In this document: piece by piece, positions 21,511 to 32,709 of the stretch | Numbering within the stretch: position 1 is the first letter of the stretch | Layout of the letters: every line of letters begins with the position of its first letter | DNA from: Gammaproteobacteria bacterium | Lineage (GTDB): Bacteria > Pseudomonadota > Gammaproteobacteria > Eutrophobiales > Eutrophobiaceae | Assembly (NCBI GenBank): GCA_965215365.1 | Contig: CBDCDS010000003.1 | Span: 2,112,001-2,176,000 of the forward strand | Reading direction: 5' to 3' | DNA: 64,000 nucleotides | Notes under the pieces: generated by a model | What the model was told of the DNA's origin: nothing | What the model saw: only the letters and a program-made list of their open reading frames with translations | Databases searched by the model: none | Program-made: the position numbers and the translations under genes

Positions 21511-22701
21511 TCAGCCGGCGCTGCCGGGAAGCCGATTATATTTGCGCACGAAACGGCGGTCAATCCAATCTTTCCAGCACCATACCCAGTGACCTTCCAG
21601 CGCCCACCAGGAGCGTGAAGCGATGGCGTACTTGTCTCCCGTGGAGATCAGGCTCAGGAACTCGCGTTGGGGAAAATAGGGTTTGAGCGGCCGGCCCAGC
21701 AACCTGTTGCGGAGATTCAACGCCAGCGGCGCCCCCTGGCGCACGGCGAATACACCGGATTTGGGTCGTGGATAGTTGCTGATATGAGCGATATCGCCGG
21801 CTGCGAAGATGTGCGGATGCGATACGGACTCAAGGGTATTGTTGACCTTGATAAAGCCCTGCTCATCGACTTCCATGCCGGCCGTTGCCGGCCAGGTCTG
21901 GGCGCGGGCCGTAGTTGCCCATAGCATCTCGTCTAACGCAAAGGTTGCGCCGTTGGCGCATTGCAGCGCGCCAGCCCGGACTGCGGTGACCTTGTGTTTC
22001 GTGTGCACGTCGATGTGGCGCTCGGCAAGCACGCGCCGGAATTTGGCGCGTACGCGGCGGTTATGGGTAGTAAGCACATCATCGGCATCGGTAAACAGGT
22101 GAAATTCCGGGCTTGTATAGTCCGCTGAGGCACTGGCCAGTAATCGTTGCAACCGATGCTGAAGCGCAAGTATCAGTTCAACACCCCCTGCCCCGGCGCC
22201 GACAATGCCGACGCGGGCGCCACCCTCACGGGCGCTGAGCCGTTCACACAGGCTTTGCCAGTTATTGACAAGGCCATCGATAGGTTTGACTGGCGTAACA
22301 TGGGCGCCGGCACCGGAGACGGCAGAGATATCCGGGGCAGAACCGACATTGATAGACAGCACATCGTAATTCACCTCGGGCCGGGCGCGACAGCCCAGTC
22401 GTTTATGCGCCGGGTCCAGGCCGATCACTTCATCATGGAAAAACCGGGCACCGGCAAACCGGCACAACGGCACCAGCTCAATATGAGCCTCAGCAAGGGT
22501 ATAATGCCCGGCTATGTACCCCGGTAACATACCGGAATAAGGCGCTTTCAGGTCGCGCGAGATCAAGGTGACGCGCACACCGGGCACGGGCCGCGTGGCG
22601 AACTTTTTCAACACCGTAACGTGGGTGTGGCCGCCACCCACCAGTACCAGCTCTCGCAAAACCGGAACGTTGCGTCTGGCGCCGGTCAGTTGTGCAGCCA
22701 T
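21511..22701 (-). CDS. FAD-dependent pyridine nucleotide-disulfide oxidoreductase (like the N-terminal domain of fused SelD proteins)
   Basis: LVLVGGGHTH, YSGMLPG, GAGAGGVE, FAAGD, PKSGVFAVRQG, WKDWIDRRF. Confidence 0.85.
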   Translation of the reverse strand: MAAQLTGARRNVPVLRELVLVGGGHTHVTVLKKFATRPVPGVRVTLISRDLKAPYSGMLPGYIAGHYTLAEAHIELVPLCRFAGARFFHDEVIGLDPAHKRLGCRARPEVNYDVLSINVGSAPDISAVSGAGAHVTPVKPIDGLVNNWQSLCERLSAREGGARVGIVGAGAGGVELILALQHRLQRLLASASADYTSPEFHLFTDADDVLTTHNRRVRAKFRRVLAERHIDVHTKHKVTAVRAGALQCANGATFALDEMLWATTARAQTWPATAGMEVDEQGFIKVNNTLESVSHPHIFAAGDIAHISNYPRPKSGVFAVRQGAPLALNLRNRLLGRPLKPYFPQREFLSLISTGDKYAIASRSWWALEGHWVWCWKDWIDRRFVRKYNRLPGSAG

Positions 22702-22730
22702 TGGGAATTTTCTCCCCCTTTACTGTTACA

Positions 22731-22757
22731 GGCCACCTCTAATTAATAGAGGTGGCC
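22731..22757. repeat. 27-bp palindrome made of two abutted MITE-B ends
   Basis: GGCCACCTCTAATTAATAGAGGTGGCC; related to 8920-8946 and 43439-43465. Confidence 0.7.
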
Positions 22758-22873
22758 TTATGCTGATGTGGCAAGTATAGTACAGCTGGAATCGATTGGG
22801 GAACATTTCGCATTTGCTTTTATTCGATGTTTGCGAATATTCTATGCAAAATGCCTTGTACAAGAAACCTTAA

Positions 22874-23112
22874 CCCGCATATCTCACCAAGTGATGCGAA
22901 GATCGCGTCGGATTGGTTCTGCCTGCGGGTGCCTGGGCCCGAAGCCATAGCGGTAGCTATGGTTGAACAAGCACGTGCCCGCAGGCAGAACCAGGACCCG
23001 CGCGGGCGCATCAAGCGCAGTGTGTCAGGTGGAAAGAGCAGCAGTATTATCATCACTTATTGAGAGCAATCATGTTTCACAAGGCAACAAGCGACTGGGT
23101 GAGATCTGCGGG
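22874..23112. mobile_element. MITE-A copy 2 (uninterrupted, 239 bp)
   Basis: TIRs CCCGCATATCTCACC / GGTGAGATCTGCGGG with TTAA on both sides; internal IR GGTTCTGCCTGCGGG...CCCGCAGGCAGAACC. Confidence 0.88.
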
Positions 23113-23122
23113 TTAAGCATCC

Positions 23123-23701
23123 ATGAAACGCATCATCATCGGCATGTCCGGCGCCAGCGGCCTGCCCTACGGCATCCGCCTGCTGGAAACGCTGGCTGGC
23201 CTGCCGGATATTGAAACCCAGCTGGTGATGACCCGCGCCGCCCGGCTGAACATTGGCATCGAGACCGAGCACAGTATTGCCGATGTTGAGGCCCTGGCCG
23301 ATACAGTGCATAACATCAAGGACATTGGCGCCAGCATTGCCAGCGGTTCTTTCCGCACCGACGGCATGATCGTCGCGCCCTGCTCCATGCGCACGCTCTC
23401 GGCAATCACCCACTCTTACGCCGACAACCTGTTGGTGCGCGCGGCAGATGTGGTCCTCAAGGAGCGCCGGCGTCTGGTTATCATGCCGCGCGAGACCCCG
23501 CTGCATACGGGACATTGCAAATTGTTTTATGAAGTATCGCTGCTGGGCGCGGTCCTTGCTCCGCCCATCCCGGCGTTCTACAACCGGCCGCAAACCGTTG
23601 ACGATATTGTCAACGCCAGCATCGGCCGGGTACTGGACCTGTTCGATATCGATCCGGGCATGGTGCGGCGCTGGGAGGGGATGAAGGGGTTAAACTCCTG
23701 A
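23123..23701 (+). CDS. ubiX: Flavin prenyltransferase UbiX
   Basis: GMSGASG, IASGSF, APCSMRTL, RAADVVLKERR, RETPL, PAFY. Confidence 0.95.
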   Translation: MKRIIIGMSGASGLPYGIRLLETLAGLPDIETQLVMTRAARLNIGIETEHSIADVEALADTVHNIKDIGASIASGSFRTDGMIVAPCSMRTLSAITHSYADNLLVRAADVVLKERRRLVIMPRETPLHTGHCKLFYEVSLLGAVLAPPIPAFYNRPQTVDDIVNASIGRVLDLFDIDPGMVRRWEGMKGLNS

Positions 23702-23721
23702 ACTCCAACACAGGATTATCA

Positions 23722-23952
23722 ATGAATACTATTGCTGAGCGGAAAAGAATTGTCAGCGACTTCATCAGGCGCTGCAATGACTACGCCGACGCACAGCTCA
23801 GCCAATGCAAGGCGCGTCTGCAACAGGCTGAAGACCTGGACGCACTGGCGCTGGAGGCGCAAATCTATAACTGGAAAGTCTATAAGGCGTTTAACGCTCA
23901 CGCCATTGAAGAATTAAAAACCACTGAGCTGGATAACTGGTTTGATGAGTAG
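23722..23952 (+). CDS. Small hypothetical protein (76 aa)
   Basis: AGGA RBS, co-oriented after ubiX, plausible helical sequence; family not recognised. Confidence 0.65.
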   Translation: MNTIAERKRIVSDFIRRCNDYADAQLSQCKARLQQAEDLDALALEAQIYNWKVYKAFNAHAIEELKTTELDNWFDE

Positions 23953-23957
23953 CGAAC

Positions 23958-23995
23958 CAGCCCGCAGAGAATAACGCGCCATTCTCTGCGGGCTG
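23958..23995. repeat. 15-bp perfect hairpin (possible terminator or minimal MITE-A-like element)
   Basis: CAGCCCGCAGAGAAT-N8-ATTCTCTGCGGGCTG; no U-tract; CCCGCAG ends resemble MITE-A TIRs. Confidence 0.55.
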
Positions 23996-24136
23996 CGCCT
24001 TGTCTTGACGATGCGGGTTGGCTCTGAAGCGGTCAGCATTAAATGGAAAAATTACCAGACAAGGTCTTTATGGTACTATTCCCTCTCCACCAGCTATTAG
24101 TCGGTGCACCGGCACCATAAATCAAGACAAATAATT

Positions 24137-25603
24137 ATGCACGCATCTTCTCTCCGTATTATCAGGATACTCTCTGGCCTGTTGTTACTGCTCGTCCCTA
24201 TTGTCGCTGGCGCGGCAGCGTCCGGGGTAGCCCCGGCGGCACTCGACTTCACCGACCACTGGGCCGGCATTGCCGCGCTGGTGATATTCGTTATCGCCTA
24301 CGCGCTGGTCATCAGTGAGGAAACCCTGCACCTGCGCAAATCCAAGCCAACCATTGTCGCCGCCGGTATCATCTGGGTACTGGTTGCCATCACCTACGCG
24401 CAGTACGGTCAGGCCCATGCGCTGGAAGGCAAATTAAGCCACAGCCTGCTTGAATTTGTCGAGCTGTTTTTATTCCTGCTCGCGGCCATGACGTATATCA
24501 ACACCATGGACGAGCGCGGGGTCTTCGCAATGTTGCGCGCCTGGCTGCTGGCCCAGCAATTCAATCTGCGCCAGCTGTTCTGGATCACCGGCGCGATATC
24601 GTTTGTGCTGTCGCCGATTATCGACAACCTGACCACAGCGCTGTTGATGGCTACGGTCATCTGTGCAGTAGGGGGTGACAACAAACGCTTTATCGCCATC
24701 GGCTGCGTCAATATTGTAGTCGCCGCCAACGCCGGCGGCGCCTTCAGCCCGTTCGGCGATATCACCACCTTAATGGTCTGGCAACAAGGCATTATCGAAT
24801 TTCAGGAATTCCTGGTGCTGTTCCTGCCGGCATTGGCCGGCTGGCTGGTAACGGCCGGCATTATGAGTTTTGCGCTCAGCACGGAGCGGCCGGCAGCGGT
24901 TATGGAAGAAGCCAAGCTCAAGTATGGTGCCTGGATCGTCATCGCGTTATTCCTGTTGACCATTACCATGGCCGTATCCTTTCACAACTTTCTGCACCTG
25001 CCGCCGGTATTGGGCATGATGACCGGTCTGGGCCTGCTGAACCTGTTCGGTTATTACCTGAAGCGGCGAGATGTTGCACTGTCCAGAGCAAGCCGGGCAA
25101 TGCCGGCGCAAGGCGCGGAATTTTCCGCCCTGGACGGTTGGCAGAATAATCAGGCACATTACGACATCTATCAGAACCTGCAGCGCGCCGAGTGGGACAC
25201 ATTAATGTTTTTCTACGGCATCATTCTGTGTGTGGCCGGGCTGGGCGCGTTCGGTTACATGGCTATCGTTTCTGAGTTTTTCTACGTGGAACTGGGGCCG
25301 ACCTACGCCAATATCTTTGTCGGCTTTGCCTCGGCCATTGTCGATAATATCCCGGTCATGTTTGCGGTGCTGGAAATGCGCCCGGATATGGACCACGGTC
25401 AATGGCTGTTAGTGACGCTGACGGCCGGCATCGGCGGTTCCATGCTGTCTATCGGCTCGGCGGCCGGGGTTGCGGTCATGGGTCAGGCCCGGGGGATTTA
25501 CACGTTTTTTTCCCACCTCAAGTGGAGCTGGGCCATTCTGCTGGGTTACCTGGTCAGCATTGTTGTGCACTTCATCGTCAATGCGTCGGCGTTTACGTCA
25601 TGA
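24137..25603 (+). CDS. nhaD: Na+/H+ antiporter NhaD
   Basis: EE.LHLRKSKP, SPIIDNLTTAL, ANAGGAFSPFGDITT, SAIVDNIP, GGSMLSIGSAAG. Confidence 0.93.
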   Translation: MHASSLRIIRILSGLLLLLVPIVAGAAASGVAPAALDFTDHWAGIAALVIFVIAYALVISEETLHLRKSKPTIVAAGIIWVLVAITYAQYGQAHALEGKLSHSLLEFVELFLFLLAAMTYINTMDERGVFAMLRAWLLAQQFNLRQLFWITGAISFVLSPIIDNLTTALLMATVICAVGGDNKRFIAIGCVNIVVAANAGGAFSPFGDITTLMVWQQGIIEFQEFLVLFLPALAGWLVTAGIMSFALSTERPAAVMEEAKLKYGAWIVIALFLLTITMAVSFHNFLHLPPVLGMMTGLGLLNLFGYYLKRRDVALSRASRAMPAQGAEFSALDGWQNNQAHYDIYQNLQRAEWDTLMFFYGIILCVAGLGAFGYMAIVSEFFYVELGPTYANIFVGFASAIVDNIPVMFAVLEMRPDMDHGQWLLVTLTAGIGGSMLSIGSAAGVAVMGQARGIYTFFSHLKWSWAILLGYLVSIVVHFIVNASAFTS

Positions 25604-26226
25604 GCAAACGGTCTCTTGCAACCGGGCTGCTGGTGTGCGGCCTGGTGGCGCTGGCAACCATGATGGGAGTGCTGGTGGCAAAGCATCAGCAACCCGACCC
25701 GCCACCTGTCATTGCCGGGTTGCTTTGGCCGCAACCGAAGACCCTGTCCTCGTTTAGCCTCATCGACCAGGAAAATAATATCTTTACGCTGGCCGACCTG
25801 CACGGTAAATGGTCGCTCCTGTTCTTCGGTTTTACCCACTGCCCGGGGCCATGTCCGACGACCCTGGCAGTCATGAAACAAGTGCGTGAAGAGCTGGAAC
25901 AGGTCCAAGACCTGCAATTTGTATTCGTTACAGTCGATCCGGCCCGGGACACTTCGGCACGAATCAAGCAATATCTGGCCTCGTTCCACCCGGAATTCAT
26001 CGGCCTGGGCGGTTCGACTGAGCGGCTCTCGGCGTTGACCGGACAGATCGGGCTGGCTTATTTCCTGGACCAGACGGAAAGTAAAGAAAATTATCTCGTG
26101 GACCACAGCGCATCACTATTTCTGGTGGATCCGCAGGGGCGGCTGGTGGGGATTTTTTCCGCACCCCATGAGGCCTCAAGCATCGTTGACAGGTTTGCTC
26201 GGATTCGTACGTTTATTGATGGCTAG
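25600..26226 (+). CDS. SCO-family copper chaperone
   Basis: FFGFTHCPGPCP, VTVDPARD, YLVDHS; ATG 25600 overlaps the nhaD stop. Confidence 0.9.
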   Translation: MSKRSLATGLLVCGLVALATMMGVLVAKHQQPDPPPVIAGLLWPQPKTLSSFSLIDQENNIFTLADLHGKWSLLFFGFTHCPGPCPTTLAVMKQVREELEQVQDLQFVFVTVDPARDTSARIKQYLASFHPEFIGLGGSTERLSALTGQIGLAYFLDQTESKENYLVDHSASLFLVDPQGRLVGIFSAPHEASSIVDRFARIRTFIDG

Positions 26227-26262
26227 CGGCAGCTCAAAACGCGCTGCCGTACGGGGACGGGG

Positions 26263-27105
26263 GTGAAGATAACTGTATTTTGTGCTGGCATCATAAGGTT
26301 GGCCGACACCCCGGCGCTACACCTGCTGTCGCGGCTGGCATACCGACTGACGAGATGTGCGTGGCGTCCCTGGAAAAATATCCTGATTCGTTTGTTTGTC
26401 TGGAAATACCGCGTCGACTTGCGTCTGGCAGAAAAAATCAAACCTGGTGATTATGACACCTTCAACGATTTTTTTACCCGCGCAATGAAACCCGCAGCGC
26501 GCCCCATTGCCGGGTCCGGCGCGCTGGTCTCGCCTGCGGACGGTTACATCAACGCCGCGGGAACACTGGACAATGAGCGGTTACTGCAAGCCAAGGGCAA
26601 GCGCTATACCCTGCTCGAACTGTTCAATGGCGACCGGCAATTTGCCGATTGTTTCCGTAACGGCAGTTTTATTACGATTTACCTCTCGCCCGGGGATTAC
26701 CATCGGATACACCTCCCCGCTGCTGGCGAGCTGCGCGCCATGGCTTATGTTCCGGGACGATTGTTATCTGTCAAACCCCGCAATGTGCGCCGCATTGACA
26801 AACTTTACACCCGTAATGAGCGTGTGATAACGGTCTTCAACTCAGCCATCGGCACCATGGCACTGATCTTCGTCGGCGCCATTTTTGTGGGTTCCATAGA
26901 AACGGTGTGGCACGGCGAGGTGACTGGCGCCGGCACGCGTGAATACCGGCGCTGGGATTATGACCCGGCTATCGGCTTTGCCCGGGGCGCTGAAATCGGA
27001 CGCTTCAATATGGGTTCAACGGTGATCCTGCTGACACAGGCCGGCAGGATAAGCCGATTTTATTCCGACCGGCGCATCGCCATGGGTGAGCCGCTCGCGG
27101 CATAG
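26263..27105 (+). CDS. psd: Phosphatidylserine decarboxylase proenzyme
   Basis: FNDFFTR, SPADG, YLSPGDYHRIH, RNER, FNMGSTV autocleavage motif; start uncertain. Confidence 0.9.
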   Translation: MKITVFCAGIIRLADTPALHLLSRLAYRLTRCAWRPWKNILIRLFVWKYRVDLRLAEKIKPGDYDTFNDFFTRAMKPAARPIAGSGALVSPADGYINAAGTLDNERLLQAKGKRYTLLELFNGDRQFADCFRNGSFITIYLSPGDYHRIHLPAAGELRAMAYVPGRLLSVKPRNVRRIDKLYTRNERVITVFNSAIGTMALIFVGAIFVGSIETVWHGEVTGAGTREYRRWDYDPAIGFARGAEIGRFNMGSTVILLTQAGRISRFYSDRRIAMGEPLAA

Positions 27106-27124
27106 CAAAGGTTAGAAGACGCCT

Positions 27125-27427
27125 CTAAAGACGCGCTTTTGAGATACCGGCGCTGATAAACCCCGGAAACGCAAAGACCATGAACAAAAAAAAGGTGACG
27201 GCGTAGAACTCCCAGTCCTGAGCGTGGTTCTCGCCCTGCATTTTCTGCTCCACGCCCAGTGCCAGGAAACCGGCGAGAAAATACAGCAGCAGCCACTCCA
27301 GCAAGCACATCCACTGCTTCTTTCGGTCAGGCTTGATAACCAGCAGGAAGCGTCCGTAACACCAGGGCAGGTTGGCTAGGATAACCGTAACCGCAATCAG
27401 CAGCCAAGTCACGTTTCCCGCCGACAT
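27125..27427 (-). CDS. DUF2818-family membrane protein
   Basis: ANLPW, QDWEFYAVT, FAFPGF; usual position after nuoN. Confidence 0.8.
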   Translation of the reverse strand: MSAGNVTWLLIAVTVILANLPWCYGRFLLVIKPDRKKQWMCLLEWLLLYFLAGFLALGVEQKMQGENHAQDWEFYAVTFFLFMVFAFPGFISAGISKARL

Positions 27428-27454
27428 AAGGGGCTCTAGGCGCGCTGTCGAGGC

Positions 27455-28903
27455 TTATAGCCCCACCACCCGGTTGCAGATCTCCATCAGTCCTCCGGGG
27501 GCAAAACCCAGCACCAGCACGGCCAGACCATTGACGCTGACCAGTATTCTGATCCCGGTGGCGGCGCTGAGCGTCGGGGCAATCTCTGCTTGGTCAAAAT
27601 ACATGAGCTTGATGATGCGCAGGTAATAATAAGCGCCTATCACCGAGAACAGCACGGCCAGCACGGCCAGCCAGATGTAACCGCTGGCAACCACTTCCTT
27701 GAGCACGTACCACTTCGCCCAAAAACCCAGGAACGGCGGCACCCCGGCCAGGGAGAACATGAACAACAACATTACCAGGGCAAACCAGGGACTGGCATCG
27801 GCGAGTCCCTTGAAATCATCCAGTCGGTCGGCCTCGTAATCCTTGCGTCCGATCAGGACAATAAAGCCGAACGCGCCTAGGCTCATAATCACATAAGCAA
27901 TCACGTAGAACAACGCGCCGGCATAGGTGGCGCCCTGTTCGGGATACAGGCCCGGCAGGATGCCCAAAATGAGAAAGCCGGCATGCGCAATGGCAGAATA
28001 AGCCAGCATACGTTTGATATTGGTCTGCACAATGGCAACGATATTTCCCACAGCCATGGACAACAGGGCAAGAATGATCAGCATCCCCTGCCAGTCGAGG
28101 TGCAGGGGCAACATACCATCTACCAGCAACCGTATCGCCATGGCAAACGCGGCCACCTTAGGCGCAGTGGCCAGGAACAGGGTGACCGCCGTGGGTGAGC
28201 CCTCGTACACATCCGGCACCCAGGAGTGGAACGGCGCTGCGCCCAGCTTGAAGGCAATGCCCACTATAATGAAGACCAACCCGAACAGAAACATGATTCT
28301 GTTATCGGACTCGGCTTCAAGATAAGCGGCAAGTTCCGGCAACACCAGTGTGCCGGAGACCCCATATACAATTGAAATACCGTATAACAACAGACCGGAG
28401 GCCAGCGCGCCCAGCACAAAATATTTCATGGCCGCCTCGGCCGCCGTTCCTGATTCCCGGTTCATGGCCACCATGGCGTACAAGGCCAGTGACATCAGTT
28501 CCAGGCCCAGATAGACGGTCAACAAACTGTGCGCGGAGATCATCACCAGCATCCCCAGTACCGCAAACAACCCGAGCACAAAATATTCACCCTGTAACAG
28601 CTCGCGCTGCCGGAAGTAATGGTAGGAATAGGCAAACACCAGCAAAGACCCAACGCAGACGGTCACCTTAAGCACCACACTCAGCGGGTCCAGAAGGTAA
28701 TGCTGGTGGAAGACGGCCACAGTCCCGGCGGGATACAGGTATAGCGCCAGACCTGCCACTACCAGCAGCGACACCTGGGCCAGCCAATAGGTCAGCTGCC
28801 GGTTCGGATTGTGCGAGAACACATCGCATAGCAGCGTCAGACAGACCAGCCCCAGCAAGGCCAGTTCCGGCAACACGAACAGGATTTCAGCGGTGATAAG
28901 CAT
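27455..28903 (-). CDS. nuoN: NADH-quinone oxidoreductase subunit N
   Basis: EAAMKYFVLG, FKLGAAPFH.WVPDVYEG, KRMLAYS. Confidence 0.96.
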   Translation of the reverse strand: MLITAEILFVLPELALLGLVCLTLLCDVFSHNPNRQLTYWLAQVSLLVVAGLALYLYPAGTVAVFHQHYLLDPLSVVLKVTVCVGSLLVFAYSYHYFRQRELLQGEYFVLGLFAVLGMLVMISAHSLLTVYLGLELMSLALYAMVAMNRESGTAAEAAMKYFVLGALASGLLLYGISIVYGVSGTLVLPELAAYLEAESDNRIMFLFGLVFIIVGIAFKLGAAPFHSWVPDVYEGSPTAVTLFLATAPKVAAFAMAIRLLVDGMLPLHLDWQGMLIILALLSMAVGNIVAIVQTNIKRMLAYSAIAHAGFLILGILPGLYPEQGATYAGALFYVIAYVIMSLGAFGFIVLIGRKDYEADRLDDFKGLADASPWFALVMLLFMFSLAGVPPFLGFWAKWYVLKEVVASGYIWLAVLAVLFSVIGAYYYLRIIKLMYFDQAEIAPTLSAATGIRILVSVNGLAVLVLGFAPGGLMEICNRVVGL

Positions 28904-30429
28904 CAGTTGATTTTGGCTTGGGCAATATGTTCTACCAACTGCCGCAGCGTCACGTCCATCAGTTCAAATAACGGCGCCGGCCACAGCCCCAGCAGCAGTA
29001 CCGGCACTGCCAGTAATAACAGGAATGAGACCTCGCGCAGGGACACATCCTGCAACGCCGCCACTTGTTCGTTGGCTATGTCTCCGAAGATCACGCGTTT
29101 ATACATCCACAAGGTATAGGCCGCGCCCAGAATCAGGACGGTTGCAGCCAGTACGGCAATCCAAGCATTGGCCTTGAAACTGCTGAGAATCACCATGAAC
29201 TCGCCGACAAACCCGGAGGTGCCGGGCAACCCGGCATTGGCCATGGCAAACAGCATCATAAACGAGGCAAACACCGGCATGGTATTCGCGACCCCGCCAT
29301 AGTCGGCAATTTGCCGGCTGTGCACCCGGTCATACATCACCCCCACGCACAGGAACAGCGCGGCCGAGATAAGGCCATGCGAGATCATCTGCATCATGGC
29401 GCCAGCCAGACCCAGGGCCGCGTCGGTGTTCGACCCGGCTTGTTCCATAATGGCAAACATGATGAAAAACCCCAACGTCACAAACCCCATGTGGGACACC
29501 GATGAATAGGCAATCAACTTTTTCATGTCCTGTTGCGCCAGGGCCACGAAACCGATATAAACGATGGCGATGAGCGACAACACGATCATAAAACCCGCCA
29601 GGGCGCCGCTGGCATCCGGGGTAATGGGCAAACTGAAACGGATAAAGCCGTAGCCGCCCATTTTTAGCAGGATTGCCGCCAGGATCACCGAACCGCCGGT
29701 GGGCGCTTCCACATGCGCGTCCGGCAGCCAGGTATGCACCGGCCACATCGGTATTTTCACGGCAAACGCCAGCAGAAAGGCGATAAAAATCCACTGCTGT
29801 TCGACCAGCGACAACGGCAACCGATACAGGTCAAAGAGATAGAAACTACCGATTTTAGAGTACATGTACAGCAGCGCCACCAGCATGAATACTGAACCCA
29901 GAAAGGTGTACAGAAAAAACTTGATGGTGGCATAAATACGCCGGGGGCCGCCCCACACGCCAATGATCAGGAACATGGGAATGAGCATGGCTTCCCAGAA
30001 AAAATAGAACAGGATCGCGTCCAGCGCGACAAATACCCCGATCATCAGACCTTCCAGGATGAGAAATGCCGCCAGATATTGGGTCACCCTGGTTTGAATG
30101 ACGCTCCAGCAGGCGCCCACCACCAGTACCGTGGTAAATGTTGTCAGCAGTATCAGGGGAACCGAAATACCATCCACCCCAAGATGGTAGTTGATGTTGA
30201 AAGTATCTATCCACACGGCATGCTCAACAAACTGCATGAGCATGGCGGCAGTGTCGAACAGGTAGCACAACCAGGCCGATAACAGAAAAATGAGAATGGC
30301 GACAACCAGTGCAAACAGTCTGGCAGCCTGTTGTTGGCGCTCGCCCAACATCAGCACAAAGATACCGCCCAGGATGGGCGCCCAGATCAGTAAGCTCAGC
30401 AACGGCAGGGATTGAAACAGGGGCGACAT
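28903..30429 (-). CDS. nuoM: NADH-quinone oxidoreductase subunit M
   Basis: GVDGIS, HTWLPDAHVEAPT, KKLIAYSS. Confidence 0.96.
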   Translation of the reverse strand: MSPLFQSLPLLSLLIWAPILGGIFVLMLGERQQQAARLFALVVAILIFLLSAWLCYLFDTAAMLMQFVEHAVWIDTFNINYHLGVDGISVPLILLTTFTTVLVVGACWSVIQTRVTQYLAAFLILEGLMIGVFVALDAILFYFFWEAMLIPMFLIIGVWGGPRRIYATIKFFLYTFLGSVFMLVALLYMYSKIGSFYLFDLYRLPLSLVEQQWIFIAFLLAFAVKIPMWPVHTWLPDAHVEAPTGGSVILAAILLKMGGYGFIRFSLPITPDASGALAGFMIVLSLIAIVYIGFVALAQQDMKKLIAYSSVSHMGFVTLGFFIMFAIMEQAGSNTDAALGLAGAMMQMISHGLISAALFLCVGVMYDRVHSRQIADYGGVANTMPVFASFMMLFAMANAGLPGTSGFVGEFMVILSSFKANAWIAVLAATVLILGAAYTLWMYKRVIFGDIANEQVAALQDVSLREVSFLLLLAVPVLLLGLWPAPLFELMDVTLRQLVEHIAQAKIN

Positions 30430-30436
30430 TATCGGC

Positions 30437-32404
30437 TTACAGCAATCCATGCACGAATATTGCCAGCAGCAGCAACAGGCCGATAATCATGGCAAACGCG
30501 TAGTGGTACAGATAACCGGTTTGCAGTGTTCTGACGGAAGCAGAAAGTTTGCGCACCGCCCGAGCCGTACCGTTCACCAGCAAATTATCTATGAGGCGCG
30601 CGTCACCCCATTGCCAAAGCGCCTGGCCGGCGCTGCGGGCACCGCGGGCAAAGACCGCCTCATAGACCTCATCAAAATAAAATTTCCGCTCCAACAACCA
30701 GTGCGCCGGGGCAAGCCAAGCGGCAATCCTAGCAGGTATCTGAGGAAACACGATATAACATAACCAGGCCACCAGGATCCCGGACAGCGTCAGCCAGACC
30801 GGCGCATGCTTCCAGGCATTCAAGAAGATATCAATGGCACCGGAATAATGGGACGTCAGTTCATGGAACCAGACGGCGTGTTCGGCGGCGACTTCGATAG
30901 ATGCCTGATAGTAATTGCCCAGCACCATGGGGGTAACCAGAAACGCGCCGATAACCAATGACGGCACTGCCAGCGCCAACAACGGGAAGCACACCACAGC
31001 CGGCGCTTCGCGCAAGCGCTCCCAGGTCTGCCGGCCAAACCTTTCCTTGCCGTGGAAAGTCAGGAAAAACAGGCGGAAAGAATACAAGGCGGTGATAAAG
31101 ACACCGGCCAACACGGCCAGATAGGCGATATTGGCAAAGGGAAGTTGCGCATAATGTACCGCTTCGATGATGGCGTCCTTGGAGAAAAAACCGGAGGTGA
31201 ATGGGAAACCGACCAAAGCCAGTGAACCGACCAGGGCGGTAAACCAGGTGATCGGCATATAGCGGTACAGCCCACCCATCTTGCGCAAGTCCTGTTCATG
31301 GTGCAGCATGATAATCACGGAACCCGCCGCCAGGAACAACAGCGCCTTGAAAAACGCATGGGTCACCAGATGAAAGATCGCCACCGAGTAGGCCGACGCG
31401 CCCAGCGCTACCGTCATATAGCCCAGCTGCGACAAGGTGGAATAGGCAATGACCCGTTTTATATCGTGTTGCACCAGCGCTAGCAGGCCCATGAAGAACG
31501 CGGTGAGCGCGCCAATAAGCAGGATCAGACTCAGCGCAGTCTCCGACAACTCATACAGGGGCGACATGCGCGCCACCATAAAGATGCCCGCCGTCACCAT
31601 GGTGGCGGCGTGAATCAGCGCCGAGATGGGGGTCGGACCCTCCATGGAATCAGGTAGCCAGACATGCAGCGGCACCTGTGCAGATTTGCCCATGGCGCCG
31701 ATAAACAGGCAGATACAGATGAAACTCAGTACCGACCAGTCCAGACCCGGAAGCAGCGACAGGGTAGTATCGTGTAGCACCGATGCCTGCCCGAACACCT
31801 GCATGTAGTCCAGTGAATTAAAATACCTGAGCAGCGCGGCGATACCGATGAGAAAACCGAAATCCCCCACCCGGTTGACGAGAAAGGCCTTGAGGCCGGC
31901 GTGAGTGGCGGAGTCGCGCTTGAACCAGAAACCGATCAACAGGTACGACACCAGTCCCACCGCTTCCCAACCGAAGAACAACTGGACGAAGTTGTTGGAC
32001 ATCACCAGCATCAGCATGGCAAAGGTGAACAAGGAGATATAACTGAAAAAGCGCTGGTAGCCCGGATCGTCGCGCATATAACCGATAGTATAGATATGGA
32101 TCATCCAGGACACGAAGCTGACCACCACCATCATCGTTACGGACAACTGGTCCACCAGGAAACCCACTGAAAAGCGCAACTCACCCAGTTTCAGCCAGGT
32201 ATAAAGCTCGGCGTTGTAAATCTCACCGCCATCGATCATGACATATTTGTACGCGTACAGGGACAGCACGGCAGCGATCCCCACACCGATGATTGTCACC
32301 CAGTGCGCGCCGCGCCGGCCGATGTGGCGTCCGCCGAGGCCGGCAATAATCGCCCCGGCTAACGGCGCCAGCACGATGGCAAGATAAACCTGCTCCATAT
32401 TCAT
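30437..32404 (-). CDS. nuoL: NADH-quinone oxidoreductase subunit L
   Basis: [31 protein letters not shown]. Confidence 0.96.
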   Translation of the reverse strand: MNMEQVYLAIVLAPLAGAIIAGLGGRHIGRRGAHWVTIIGVGIAAVLSLYAYKYVMIDGGEIYNAELYTWLKLGELRFSVGFLVDQLSVTMMVVVSFVSWMIHIYTIGYMRDDPGYQRFFSYISLFTFAMLMLVMSNNFVQLFFGWEAVGLVSYLLIGFWFKRDSATHAGLKAFLVNRVGDFGFLIGIAALLRYFNSLDYMQVFGQASVLHDTTLSLLPGLDWSVLSFICICLFIGAMGKSAQVPLHVWLPDSMEGPTPISALIHAATMVTAGIFMVARMSPLYELSETALSLILLIGALTAFFMGLLALVQHDIKRVIAYSTLSQLGYMTVALGASAYSVAIFHLVTHAFFKALLFLAAGSVIIMLHHEQDLRKMGGLYRYMPITWFTALVGSLALVGFPFTSGFFSKDAIIEAVHYAQLPFANIAYLAVLAGVFITALYSFRLFFLTFHGKERFGRQTWERLREAPAVVCFPLLALAVPSLVIGAFLVTPMVLGNYYQASIEVAAEHAVWFHELTSHYSGAIDIFLNAWKHAPVWLTLSGILVAWLCYIVFPQIPARIAAWLAPAHWLLERKFYFDEVYEAVFARGARSAGQALWQWGDARLIDNLLVNGTARAVRKLSASVRTLQTGYLYHYAFAMIIGLLLLLAIFVHGLL

Positions 32405-32706
32405 CCCTTGAGCCGATCCAGGTCCGCGACGTTGATGGTGCTGCGATTCCGGAACAACACGACCAGAATAGCCAGGCCGATGGCCGCTTCGGCAGCGGCA
32501 ACGGTGAGGATGAAAAACACAAACACCTGACCGTGGATATCACCGAGAAAATGGGAAAATGCCACAAAATTCAGGTTCACCGAGAGCAACATCAACTCAA
32601 TGCACATCAACAGGATAATGACATTTTTCCGATTGATGAAAATACCCGCCACACTGATGCAGAACAGGATTGCGGCCAGAATCAGGACTTCGTTAAGTGC
32701 AATCAT
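32401..32706 (-). CDS. nuoK: NADH-quinone oxidoreductase subunit K
   Basis: [18 protein letters not shown]. Confidence 0.96.
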   Translation of the reverse strand: MIALNEVLILAAILFCISVAGIFINRKNVIILLMCIELMLLSVNLNFVAFSHFLGDIHGQVFVFFILTVAAAEAAIGLAILVVLFRNRSTINVADLDRLKG

Positions 32707-32709
32707 AAG

